DNA of 64,000 nucleotides from Octopus bimaculoides. Lineage: Eukaryota. The stretch is taken from positions 13,856,049 through 13,920,048 of the forward strand of contig NC_068996.1 in NCBI RefSeq assembly GCF_001194135.2, read 5' to 3'. The notes beneath the pieces were generated by a model, which saw only the letters and a list, made by a program, of their open reading frames with translations, was not told the origin of the DNA and searched no databases. Positions 41,875 through 54,952 of the stretch are shown here, piece after piece (the stretch's first letter is position 1; the number at the start of each line of letters is the position of its first letter). The translations under genes and the position numbers were made by a program.

Positions 41875-42526
41875 NNNNNNNNNNNNNNNNNNNNNNNNNN
41901 NNNNNNNNNNNNNNNNNNNNNNNNNNNNNNNNNNNNNNNNNNNNNNNNNNNNNNNNNNNNNNNNNNNNNNNNNNNNNNNNNNNNNNNNNNNNNNNNNNNN
42001 NNNNNNNNNNNNNNNNNNNNNNNNNNNNNNNNNNNNNNNNNNNNNNNNNNNNNNNNNNNNNNNNNNNNNNNNNNNNNNNNNNNNNNNNNNNNNNNNNNNN
42101 NNNNNNNNNNNNNNNNNNNNNNNNNNNNNNNNNNNNNNNNNNNNNNNNNNNNNNNNNNNNNNNNNNNNNNNNNNNNNNNNNNNNNNNNNNNNNNNNNNNN
42201 NNNNNNNNNNNNNNNNNNNNNNNNNNNNNNNNNNNNNNNNNNNNNNNNNNNNNNNNNNNNNNNNNNNNNNNNNNNNNNNNNNNNNNNNNNNNNNNNNNNN
42301 NNNNNNNNNNNNNNNNNNNNNNNNNNNNNNNNNNNNNNNNNNNNNNNNNNNNNNNNNNNNNNNNNNNNNNNNNNNNNNNNNNNNNNNNNNNNNNNNNNNN
42401 NNNNNNNNNNNNNNNNNNNNNNNNNNNNNNNNNNNNNNNNNNNNNNNNNNNNNNNNNNNNNNNNNNNNNNNNNNNNNNNNNNNNNNNNNNNNNNNNATAT
42501 ATATATATATGCTTGTCTATATTTGT

Positions 42527-42570
<44 letters not shown>

Positions 42571-42619
42571 TTAGAAATAGAAATATATACATGTACTGCG
42601 TATAACAAGTTTAACTTAC

Positions 42620-42801
42620 TCCCTCTCGTGTAGTCAAACGGGTAGTTAACGACGACGGCTCCACCGTGAAAGCTAGCAGATAATACAAATGTATTCGAGC
42701 GAATCCAATTCATAATCGCTCGGGTTTCAGGTTCGATTTTTTTTGATGAAGCAGGATTTTCATTGAAATTTCGGTTCAGGTCAGACATGCGCCTATTATA
42801 C
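42620..42801 (-). CDS. CPM: Carboxypeptidase M-like exon with DLNRNF and the third Zn ligand (FHGG)
   Basis: Acceptor ttcttctctctttag, donor gtaagt, 182 nt, phase 2 to 1. Encodes (R)YNRRMSDLNRNFNENPASSKKIEPETRAIMNWIRSNTFVLSASFHGGAVVVNYPFDYTRG. Confidence 0.95.
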
Positions 42802-42939
42802 CTAAAGAGAGAAGAAAAAAAAATATTAATAAATAAAATAAACATATGTAAATTTTGGTGTAAAGAAAGGAGAAGTAATATATAAAAGAATATGGTTGAA
42901 GGTTAGTTTCAGAAAATACATTCAACAGTATTTAAATCT

Positions 42940-43340
42940 AACAAAGTACCATCATGATTATCGTCGGCAAATTCGTCATCTTCATAGCTGTCATGATTTT
43001 CATTATGACCTGTATCATGGCCGTCACCATCATCTTCGTCACCATCATCCTCGTCACCATCATCCTCGTCACCATCATCACCCGCATCATCATTATCAAT
43101 ATCATCCTCGCCATTTTCCTGACCGTTATCATCCTCATCATCATCGTCATTGTCATCATCGTCAGAATATTCACATTATCATTACTGTCGACATCATCGC
43201 AATTATCATCTTCATCGACATCAACATCATCATTAACTCTATCATCACCAGTAGCATCAGCAACACCAACGCATATCGTGTACCACAACCATTACCACCT
43301 TTGCCTCTTCCTCCGCATCATTATCATATCAGCACGCTAA
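42940..43340. repeat. Degenerate (CAT/CGT/CAC)n low-complexity tract; similar tract at 31370-31850
   Basis: Trinucleotide periodicity producing His-, Ile- or Met-rich pseudo-ORFs in several frames. Confidence 0.85.
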
Positions 43341-43531
43341 CCAGAAGCAACGCTTACTCGAAGACCGACGTGCGGAAATAACCATCTCCGCCATAGCCAC
43401 AAACGAAGATGTGTGGCCGAGAAGCTTGCTTGACGGAAACTGGGCGATTGTGACCAACTATATCCTCGAGTCGATTGAACGATAGACATATATATTTGTT
43501 TTGCAACAATCTTGATGTGAAATCTTTTATT

Positions 43532-43609
<78 letters not shown>

Positions 43610-43623
43610 TATATATACACATA

Positions 43624-44500
43624 CGTGGTCTGATAAATAGTATTCAGACTATTGCCATAGTGACGAAGCTAAAGTAGGAAGAGTAAAGCCGCTTGGCAAA
43701 GTTTGGCCTTGAACTTTATTGTACATGTGCACTTAGTTTTAACGTTCTAGATTATTTTCCGCTGTTTACAGCAGTGCTTGGAAGGAAGGTGTGTAGCTTG
43801 TCATCGTCGCATTGACCACGACAGAGAAAGTTATGACGATACCTGCTCAAAGACCTATGCAAAGTTGTAGAAAGTGTATGGAGAGGAATGTTTGAGCCGC
43901 ACGCAAGTGTACAAGTGGTTCAAACGTTTCGAAGATGGCCAAAAAATGTCGATATCGACGAACGCTCTGGGAGACCCGCGACTAGCAGAACTGAGAAAAA
44001 ACATAACAGACGTGCGTGCAGCTGTGAGGAGAAATCGTCGAATCACCATCCATGAGTTATCAGAGAATGTGCAGATTAGTTACGGTTCAGTTAAGTGCAT
44101 TATCACTGGAGATTTGTTATACGAGACGTATGTCTGCCAAGTTTGTGCCAAAACAGCTTTCAGCTGACCAAAGAGGAACTCTGGTTTCAGTTTCACAAGA
44201 TCTCTTTGATTGTGTTGAGAACAATGAAAATTTTTGAAAACTTTGCGTAGACCTCTGAGCAGTTATCACCAAACGTTTGATGCAGATTTTCTGCTCAACT
44301 TTCTCTGTCATGTTCAATGCGACGATCATACGCTACACACCTTCATTCAAAGCACTGCTGTAAACAGAAGTAAGCTATAACGTTAAAACATAGTGCGCAT
44401 GCAAAGCAGAGTTCACGATCAACCTGTGCCAAGCAACTTCACTCCGCATACTTTAGCTTCGATACTATGGCAACAGTCCGGATACTTATTGATCAGATCA

Positions 44501-44501
<1 letters not shown>
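43624..44501 (+). mobile_element. Non-autonomous mariner derivative with ~250-bp inverted ends, TA-flanked
   Basis: N-terminal transposase remnant (YGEECLSRTQVYKWFKRF...MSAKFVPKQLS). Positions ~44240-44501 are an inverted copy of the 5' end, and TA lies on both sides. Confidence 0.85.
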
Positions 44502-44546
<45 letters not shown>

Positions 44547-44662
44547 CAAAATTGGAGAGTAAAAAATTGGATATTAATTAATATCAATTTAATACCAGGG
44601 AACTAGCACATTAAAAGAATCAAGAGATTCAGAAAAATATCTGAGATCTCAAAGGATTATGG

Positions 44663-44710
<48 letters not shown>

Positions 44711-45210
44711 CTAGCTTAAAAGCCGCACTCCTTGCGGACTTTTGGGCTAGTTCCCGTGAAGGGCTAATCGAGCCTGCTGTCCAAAAGTAAAGAGAAGAAG
44801 AATAATAAAGCATCTAGTGGCATCCTACCAATATGGTATTATTTCAAAATTCAGTTTGAATGAAAACCTTGTAAGTTCACAAATTTAGAGAGTTCTTTTC
44901 AAATTTAAACTTTCAACTGTTAGCATTTGTTGAAAATGCTAATATCGTCATCCACACATGATGCCAGAGCTGGATGTTTGAGAACCAGAGGAAGGGCAGA
45001 TTTTTCAATACCAGGTTCATCCTTATTCCAAAAAGGTATATGTCTATATAGAGCAAATGTAGACTGAGATTCTAGGGTCCCAGACGGAAAGACAAAAGTT
45101 TGCGCACTTATTATATATATATGTGCGTGTGTGCGTATGTGCGTGTTTGTGTATGTGTGTGTGTGTGTATTATATATGTGTGTGTGTCTGTATTATATGT
45201 GTGTGTGTGT

Positions 45211-45290
<80 letters not shown>

Positions 45291-45460
45291 CACGAGATTT
45301 TGTCAGCACGAGATTCTCTCAGTGAACAGGTCGTGGTTTCAAAGCGACGAAAATATTTTGACGTAAATTGAATTTAAATGTCGAAGTGAATCTAACGGTT
45401 TTTTGTTTTTGTTTTTGTGTGTTCTTAAATGGTTATTAAACATCTTCCACGCTGCAATTT

Positions 45461-45503
<43 letters not shown>

Positions 45504-45989
45504 TGGTCATTTTGACAATAAACACACATGATATTTATTTGATCTTCATTTTGTCACCGTTCTTTCGTCACGCCTTCTATGACTTCTTCAATGACTATCT
45601 GTGACCCCTCATCTATCAAGCCTTGTCCTGTTTTTTCAATCTTGTCTTTCTCTGCTGTATATCTGTATCTGCGTATGCGTTTTTGTGTGATTCTCTGTGT
45701 GGCTCTGTGTTTGGCTTGCATATGTGTTTCTTGAGTGCGAGCGTATTGGTTTGTATTTTACATTGTTTACATCAGTGTCCCCTTTTTTTCTATTTTGTTT
45801 GTCCCTAATCTCTCTTCAGCTGTCAGGTGCATTGCATTACTATTCCGTTCTCGTTTTCTGTTGAGGCTTGGTCTACTTTCTTTTACGTGTGTAGCTTTTG
45901 TAATCAGACTGAGTATGGTGCCAGGTCTATGTGTGGATAAAATTTTAACTTATATGCTGCCTGTCAATTCTTGTGTGTACTAGCAATTC

Positions 45990-46260
45990 TAGAAAAGAAT
46001 TAATGTGAATGATATGGTCATAGAATGCCGAAAGCAAATGTTTTGCTGGGCTGGTTATGTCACAAGTTTCACAGTCAACGGATGACCTCTAGAATTGCCG
46101 AGTGCTATCCTGCTATCCAAGAGATGGGGAAGTGCAACTTCGAATGTCTCAACGATGACGGGAAAATGATTTTATTAAGCGATTTGTGACAAGAAGGAAA
46201 AGAATGGTGCAATCAAGAAAACGTTGGAAATGCATTGTAACCAGCGATATATAAGAGCAT
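45990..46260 (+). mobile_element. RTE/BovB-like LINE fragment
   Basis: Degenerate K...WAG.V.R....RW...I.EW.P pattern. Confidence 0.55.
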
Positions 46261-46399
46261 CTCATGGTCCAGACTATACAGATGACATAGATACATACAC
46301 ACATATACAACATACACGCAGATAAGCACACACACATAAATTTAGACGTTGCATGCTTTAACTGGAGTTTGGATGTGTCTTGGAACAGATTATGCCTGT

Positions 46400-46960
46400 T
46401 CATGTCTATTTGATTTAACCGTGTGAGGAAAACTTTGGTTCACAGATGAGGATACAGAACGGATAATGGATTACGTTCCTATATAACTACTCTGTCATCA
46501 CATTATTTGAGAGGTTACAAAGCTCGAAGATAGAGTGTCTCTCCAGATTGAGCTGGTACATTTCCGCATTGAGATGTTACAACTCTAGTATTACCGACAT
46601 GTGGTTAGATTGTTACAGGAATGAATCGTAAGAAGGATTTTTCAAGCCAACCCAAATGACAGGAAACCTAATTATAGACCAAGAATAAGATGGTTAGATA
46701 ATATTCATGGTCTCAAGGAATTTCTCCAAATCGAGCCACTACTTCTCCGCTATGGGAAGTTACAATATCGTAGAATATCATAGGAGAGAAGCACAAGAAG
46801 GATTCGCAAAGCCGAGCCAAGTGACTGTACACGTAGGGGTAAACCAAGGTTGAAATGATTGGATAATATCCACAGTTTCATGTAGACATGCGTGGGAATC
46901 CAGCCGGAAAGTGTAATTATAGTTTCTTCTGATAGGAACCTATGTGGGAGAAACACTTGC
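46400..46960 (+). mobile_element. RTE/Expander-like LINE 3' fragment
   Basis: Degenerate HVVR...VRRIFQANP..R.P..RPRIRWLDNI pattern. Confidence 0.6.
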
Positions 46961-47722
46961 AGAATCAAACCTACAAACAACCTTCCTAGCAGTAGTGAGC
47001 GCAGGAGATGGACGGCAGTGTGTATGGTTCAGTGGTTAGAGCATCGGGCTTACAATCGTGGGGTTGTTAGTTCGATTGCTGAACCGGGTTATGTATTGTG
47101 TTCCTGAGCCGGTAGGTGTGTACATAGCAACAGCGGTAGCAAATCAGTTGCGCGAATGTATGCGTGCAGCCAATCATGGCAAGGCTCACGTATGCACTCG
47201 GTTTTAGGTCACGACACATTTCACGACACATTTCACATTTCACATTTCTGCCAGGCGGCGAGCTGGCAGAAACGTTAGCACGCCGGGCGAAATGCCTAGC
47301 GGTATTTCGTCTGCCGCTACGTTCTGAGTTCAAATTCCGCCAAGGTCGACTTTGCCTTTCATCCTTTCGGGGTCGATTAAATAAGTACCAGTTACGCACT
47401 GGTGTCGTTATAATCGACTTAATCCGTTTGTCTGTCCTTGTTTGTCCCCTCTGTGTGTAGCCCCTTGTGAGTAGTAAAGAAATAACACATTTCACGTTGC
47501 CCTTGTTCAAACAAGTGTAGAAATGAGTTGCGATATCACTGGTGCCGAACCGTAGCAGCCTTTGCCTTTCCATTGGATAACATCGGGTTGCATGGAGAAG
47601 GGAGGATGGTATGCATGGATGACTGTTGGATTTCCATAAACAATTTTGCCAACTCCTGTGCTTCGGAGGGAAACTTGCAAGATGTATTCTCATGGTCATT
47701 CATGACAGAAGATTTTTACCTT

Positions 47723-47767
<45 letters not shown>

Positions 47768-48246
47768 TTATTTATATAGATAGAGTGACATTTTTCTGGA
47801 AAACATTATTCTTCTTTGTGGTTGGGTCGTTGATGACCTCTTTCTAGCATATTGGATGTCTTCCTAGAGGTCATCCCTTATACACGTATATATATAGTAA
47901 CCTCCAGGTTAAGCATGCACCCATTTAAGTATCCGAGATAAGTATGCGGAAAATCTTTAAGAGTCCTAGGTTCAAGTTTACCAAGGGTTTATTCTACTGC
48001 AAGGCTTCCCCTTTCCTTCAAACGTTTCCTCTTTCCTTTGCTTGACATCATGGGAGAAACTGACTGAAAAGATGACAAACATGACCTAACACCGAGTGCA
48101 TACGTGAGCCTAGCTGTGATTGGCTGCACGCATACATTCGCGCAACTGATTTGCAACCGCCGTGTTGCTATGTACACACGTACCGGCTAAGTACGCACAG
48201 GCGGTTAGGTTCAAGTTGCGTACTTAAGAGAGAGATTTGTGTGTGT

Positions 48247-48308
<62 letters not shown>

Positions 48309-48400
48309 AAAATGAGCAAATGCAAGAAAAATCATAGGAACAAATTCGAAATGGTGTCCTTAACCTAACGCTTGAATGTAAAAGGAAAGGGGTGTGATGA

Positions 48401-48490
48401 GAAGAAGAAGAAGAAGAAGAAGAAGAAGAAGAAGAAGAAGAAGAAGAAGAAGAAGAAGAAGAAGAAGAAGAAGAAGAAGAAGAAGAAGAA
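48401..48490. repeat. Pure (GAA)n tract
   Basis: Direct reading, ~30 units. Confidence 0.95.
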
Positions 48491-48935
48491 ATCTTAAGGG
48501 TTGGCTGGGAATGTGGTTCTACCGGGAAGAGTTAGGAAGAAGGGAAAAGGAAGAAGAAGAGTGCTGTGTGCAATGATACAAAGATATCTGTATAAAGAGA
48601 TGAGCGTAAAAGAGGTGTGCGAATAGTGTGGAGTGCGGGTGGATTCCTACTGTGTGTGGTGTTGTGCAGAAGAGCGGGTCGTAAATATGGTATAGGAGAG
48701 AGGGTCGCGTGGTTACATATATAGAAGGAACAGGGAAGAAAGCAGCGTAATAACCTTGATTTTTCACTTGTTTCTATCGTAGAGCATCGGCCATTATGGA
48801 GCATCACATGGATGGATATAAGATAAATGATATGCGTAATAATATTTAGAGAGGTACCACAGTGTAATTATATTTTTAAAAAATAACAAAACAATATTTA
48901 CTTATTCTTAGTTGATGTGTAAAACTAGGACGTAC

Positions 48936-49108
48936 CTTCCCACGACACTCGTACAGTCACCCAGGGTGGCTCGGGCATAGCCATCCGGATTGATTGTAGG
49001 GAGGATATGTACGACGCTCGTCTGTAGAATCCTGGTTACCGTGCTATTTCTTCGGTAATTTGTTACCAAATAGTCGATGAGGTGAAGAAGTAGTTCTCGT
49101 CCAACAAC
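48936..49108 (-). CDS. CPM: Carboxypeptidase M-like exon
   Basis: Acceptor ttttcatcccag, donor gtacgt, 173 nt, phase 0 to 2. Encodes VVGRELLLHLIDYLVTNYRRNSTVTRILQTSVVHILPTINPDGYARATLGDCTSVVG. Confidence 0.95.
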
Positions 49109-49176
49109 CTGGGATGAAAAGAAAAAAAGCAGAAAAACCGCGTGAGTTAGTGAAATTTTTTTCAAATATAGACATA

Positions 49177-49384
49177 AGAGGAGGAACTGAAAGGTCCCTA
49201 GCTTTGTGTAAAAGAAAATACAGAAGGATCAGTTAATTATAATTTTATTCAACATATTCCCCTCTCAGATTCACACACAGCCATTCAGTTTTTTCTAAGC
49301 CCGGTAAAAGAACTTTGAAAGTTGGGCCTCCAGCCAGGCCTTTCGCGACACTCTTAACGCCAGGGACTTAGCAGTAACATCTCG
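49177..49384 (+). mobile_element. Mariner-type MITE, copy 2
   Basis: Shares agaaaatacagaaggatcagttaa and aagcccggtaaaagaact with 14405-14603; TA flanks. Confidence 0.7.
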
Positions 49385-49804
49385 TATATTTAACTATGAT
49401 GTTTCAGTGATTTAGCGTTCTTTATTTGATTTAAATCGTGACGATACAATTGTATTTTATAATGGTTTCAGATTTTGACACAAGGCCAAGACATTTGGGA
49501 TGGATTATAACAATTCCAGTAATCAACTAGTACTTATTTTCCCGACCCCAAAGTAAAACCGGAAGAACTGCCACTGAGCAATTCGACCCACACACTAACG
49601 ATTCTGCAACATGGTATTCGTTATATATTACAAACGAATAGCAATTTCTAAATCCTACTGAATGTGGCTAATTCTATGGCATTCGTTTTGAGACAGCATC
49701 ACGTATAACATACAGTACTAAAAAGCACACAAGTACCAGCAATAGATGAAAAATATCCATCACCATGGTAGAGGTACGAAGTTAAGCAGGATACAAAGAT
49801 TGAT

Positions 49805-49843
<39 letters not shown>

Positions 49844-49928
49844 GTATACACGTGTGTGTATGTGTGCGTGTGTGTGCGTGTGAAAGAGAGAGAAAGAGAG
49901 AGAGAAAGAGGGAGAGAGAGAGTCCATT

Positions 49929-50130
49929 AATCTTATTTACTGCATCCTCTGCTGTTTTTGCCTCTCCCCTCGCAGAGGGCAAACTGCTCGGCGCCTTGCT
50001 AATCGTTTTGCCGAATATTTACGGATATAGAATTCGGGAATGACATTCCGGTTTCGCGTCATTTCCACTCGGTTGATCATTCCCTTCGACATCTGTGTTC
50101 GGACTGGTTTGGCGCAGAAGCACCCAACAC
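49929..50130 (+). mobile_element. Penelope-like element GIY-YIG endonuclease remnant
   Basis: In frame NLIYCILCCFC...GQTARRLANRFAEYLRI-stop, followed by NDIPVSRHFHSVDHS; this is the PLE GIY-YIG signature. Confidence 0.8.
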
Positions 50131-50651
50131 CGCCACCACCATCCCGGATTCCAGTTTTCATTGCGAGCAAAAATAAACTTTTCTCTCCAGTCTTCAGTCC
50201 TCTACCGTCTAAGTTCGTAACCTCGTTTCATTTAAATCGACTTTCACGCATACCCACATTTTCACTCACCACCAACCTCTCAACATTCACTTTAACAACT
50301 CCACTACACCTACCTATATCTCACCATTTAACAAAATATCCAACACCATACACACCAACCTTTTTATACAGTATATACATACACTAACACTAACACCCAC
50401 ACTTCAATTACAGTGCAATATGCTCCCCATATGCGCACGCACAGTAACAATCAAATATAAACACACCCACTCTTCCTAATCCCACACATACTTATATCCC
50501 TCAATTTCACCTAACATACCTATTTAATATAACGCACAAAAGAGCTTCACAAACACACATACACAAACACTAAGCTAGTACACACACACTTAAACACGCA
50601 CACATACGCACACACCACAACCATAAACAGTATACTCGCACGCGAGAGCTT

Positions 50652-50691
<40 letters not shown>

Positions 50692-50958
50692 CACGCACAC
50701 ACGCATGCATACACACATATGCGAGTTTCAAAACTGTCCGCATTGACATTCACACCTAAAGTATCCTCTCTGCCGCTTCCGGTCATTTCAGCATGTCATG
50801 ACGGTTATATACTCATCGTTTCTTCTCCAATATCTCTCTCCCTCTCCCCTCTCTCTCTCTCTCTCTCTCTTATATTTTCAGAAGATGACTGTATACTCCA
50901 AACGTAACAGTTGTTTCCTTCCTATTTCCTTAGAATAAAATTTATACACCGTGTCTTC

Positions 50959-51020
<62 letters not shown>

Positions 51021-51540
51021 CAAGCAGTGGCTCTCATAGCCTCTTATCTTAACTGATCGGATTGTTTTATCTCGGTATGAAAGATGGACTACAGCAAATA
51101 TTCTGCTCAATCCCACAGATTTGCGTGTCACTTGTTTGACCTTAACCAGTTGATTATGTCCCTTGGTGGCTGACGACATGTGCATCTCTGATCACGAGTA
51201 GAAGTAGTAGGCTGCATCATAGCTATGTGTTGAAAGGAATTCTTTGGGGTTTGAATAATTCACCTTTGGAAATATGTGTTTCGTTCAACATCCTCAAACA
51301 ACCTTTATTCAAGGGATCTTTTGAGCGGGATGGGCTACTCGACCTGAGGGAAATTCTAATTGGGCCCCACCTGCAATGTCATGCGCTGTTTATCTTGATA
51401 TGAGTTCAACATATTGGGTAGCCACAATTGGTATACTGGGTTTCGTGTATTTTACCCCAGTGTCAATTTTATGGTATGCACTGCTCTCTCACTCAATAAT
51501 ATTAATAATAATAATAACAATAATAATAATAACAATAATG

Positions 51541-51609
<69 letters not shown>

Positions 51610-52659
51610 GATTTGATGCAGTACCAGGCAGTAACTCGCATGGCTTCTTATCATAAATTAGAAATGTTATCATGTACATGTTTTGTCTTGGTATAAAAGA
51701 TGGGTTACAGGAAATATCGTTGAACATTTCCCTTAGTGTCTGTTGGTATATGCAGTTCTGATCATGTGCAGAAGTAGTTCGAGAACTTCATAGCCATGTA
51801 TTGGGAGGAACTCTTTGGGGTTTATATAATTCACATCTGGAAACACAGATGTTTCGTAGATAATCTTCAAAACCTTATTCAGAGATATCTTGAGCGGAAT
51901 GGGCTACACGACATGGAGAAAGAATTCTAGCTGGACCCCACCTGCAAAGTCATGCGCTGTTTATGTTGATATGAGATCACCATGTCACACACATAAGGTT
52001 GTGGTTCGTGTGCCTGGTGTACCCTTATCAGAGAGGTAGTCATGAGAGGTATAATGGGCTTCGTATATTTGTACCTCAGAGTCGCTTTGATAGCATGCTT
52101 TATTCTTTCAATCAATCAATCAATCAATAATAATAATAATAATCCTTTCTACTATAGACCTGAAATTTGGGGAGGGGGATAGTCAATTACATCAACCGCA
52201 GTACTCAACTGATACTTAACTTATCGACCCCGAAAGAATGAAAGGCAAAGTCGACCTCAGTGGAGTTAGAACTCAGAATGTAAAGACAGATAACATGCCG
52301 TTAAGCATTTTACCCGGCGTGTTAACGATTCTGTCAGCTGCCGACTTTATTAATAACAACAACAACAAAAATAATATCTTCTGTAGGCACAAGGCTTGAA
52401 GTTTTGGAGGAGGGTGTTAGTCCATTTCATCTACCTCAGTGGTCAAAAGCTACTTTATTTTATTGAGCCTGAAAGGGTTTAAAAACGAAGTAGGCTTAGG
52501 TGGAATTTGAACTCAGAAAGCAAAGCGAGACGAAATATCGCTAAGCATTTTGACCGACGCTTAGGATTCTGCTAGCTCAGTGAATTAATAAACATACATT
52601 AAGACATATGTACACATACACACACACACAATGCACACACGCGCACACATACACACACA

Positions 52660-52705
<46 letters not shown>

Positions 52706-52997
52706 NNNNNNNNNNNNNNNNNNNNNNNNNNNNNNNNNNNNNNNNNNNNNNNNNNNNNNNNNNNNNNNNNNNNNNNNNNNNNNNNNNNNNNNNNNNNNNN
52801 NNNNNNNNNNNNNNNNNNNNNNNNNNNNNNNNNNNNNNNNNNNNNNNNNNNNNNNNNNNNNNNNNNNNNNNNNNNNNNNNNNNNNNNNNNNNNNNNNNNN
52901 NNNNNNNNNNNNNNNNNNNNNNNNNNNNNNNNNNNNNNNNNNNNNNNNNNNNNNNNNNNNNNNNNNNNNNNNNNNNNNNNNNNNNNNNNNNNNNNNN

Positions 52998-53061
<64 letters not shown>

Positions 53062-53312
53062 ACAAAGAAATAGGGATCTCAGAATCGAAGTAAACACTTT
53101 ATACGCTTTCTGCTGTAATCTGGAATTGATTTACTACATTGACCAGTAGGCAGTAGGAAATATGAATCGTGTGGAGCGTAAAATAACAGTTGTACTCGTG
53201 ACCGATTAATAATCCCGGAATTCACTTCGACGAATTTCGCATAAGATTCCAGAGTATAATAAAAGAACACATAGTAGCATGAAGAATAACACATATTTAA
53301 TTAATAGGTTAG

Positions 53313-53991
53313 AACATATAGAATACCGACACGGGTTTCTGTTATGTAAGCGTTTTAAGATGCCAAGATTTTATGATTCTCAACGCTAATTGATCCATAT
53401 TAAATCGATTATAGTATTATATAGATCCACAGATGTCTGGCAACTTTTGCAAGGCACTCCCATATAAAATAATTAAATGCAATTTGTGTTATAGTAGCAA
53501 CTATTTAGTTAGATCAGTAAAAATAAACTTCTTGATTACTAAAGGTAAATATTAAAGTGGAAATCGAGATGAAGTAAGTGTTGTTTATATATTTGAAATA
53601 TATACCAGTAAGTGGATTCGAAAAGGTAAAGAAAATGGTGTTGTGAAGGAATTATGAGATATACCCGCAATAAGAAAAATAATGATTGATTTAAAGGAAA
53701 CACTAAACAAAAGCTAAAAATTTACATCAGAAAAATTAGTAGATAGATTATGACAAAAAAGGGGGAAAAGAATAGAAAAAGAAAAGGAAACAACAAGCGT
53801 AAAATCACCTAAGTAGTATAACTGAGAGACTTGTTCTATCCCATCAAAAGTAGGTAGAACCTATACAGTGAATATTAAACTATGGATTATATATTCTCTC
53901 GTACATCATTAGATATGTATAATGCTATAATCGCATCTAAGGGTTTTAAAACGCTTGCATAACAGAAACACGTGTCGGTATTTCATATGTT
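53313..53991. mobile_element. MITE-like element with ~45-bp TIRs
   Basis: aacatatagaataccgacacgggtttctgttatgtaagcgttttaa pairs with ttaaaacgcttgcataacagaaacacgtgtcggtatttcatatgtt; the interior is non-coding and AT-rich. Confidence 0.65.
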
Positions 53992-54058
53992 GTAAACATA
54001 AAAAAACAGGTAAATCTCTCATATTTGAGTCTCTCTCTCACACGCACATACACTCACA

Positions 54059-54089
<31 letters not shown>

Positions 54090-54094
54090 GCGCG

Positions 54095-54134
<40 letters not shown>

Positions 54135-54915
54135 CACACACAACTGTCAGTAGTGGTTTAGTTAAATCAGTGTTGGGTTGAAAAAGTCCACAAATTTTTA
54201 ATGCTTCGCGAAAAGGCCTCAGAAACTCACAAGGTGTAGCTCTGAATGTGTTCAAAGAGCATCAAAAAACAATTAAACAAATCTTATCTTTGGTACCTGA
54301 TGAACCAACGTCATGAAAGGTAAGACAACGGCAGAGAAACTAAGTTCAAATCACTACTTCACCAGAAACAGTCCCGAAAAGAAAGAGAGAGAGAGGGAGA
54401 GAGAGAGAGAGAGAGAGAGAGACATAAAGAGAGAGAGAGAGAGACATAAAGAGAGAGAGAGAGAGAGAGAGAGACATAGACAGAGACAGAGGCAGACAGA
54501 GAGACAGAGAGACAGAGAGACAGAGAGAAGGAGAGAGAGAGAGAGTTGTGGAGTGAATGAGAAATAAAATATAATCACACTAAAGGCGTGTATTAGAATG
54601 GTTGTAGCTCTGTGTTTCAAATGCTTGCTCTGCGTTCACGTGGTTTGCGGCTCACTTTCACTCCGCGACAGATTTAGTTAAACCACATCCTTTAGGATGC
54701 GAATTGCAAATGTCTATGGCATTCTTCCTTCCTGCCTTCAATGGAGTTACATGTGATCTGACATTGCTTCCGCAACATAACAAGTTTTACATACATATTC
54801 AGTTTTGTTTTGGTGACAGCTTATATGCAGTCGAAATTAATATATTCTCTTACTCTTTTATATATTTCATCCCTAAGGTTCTGGCCTTGCTCGGGCACCG
54901 CCAGTGACATATAAC

Positions 54916-54952
<37 letters not shown>

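Noticed and set aside
42896-43381. 161-aa His-rich ORF
   Set aside because: It is a degenerate (CAT)n tract open in several frames inside an intron, with no splice or domain support. The same applies to 31309-31699.
54296-54350. CTGATGA...GAAA possible hammerhead
   Set aside because: Stems I and II do not pair convincingly.
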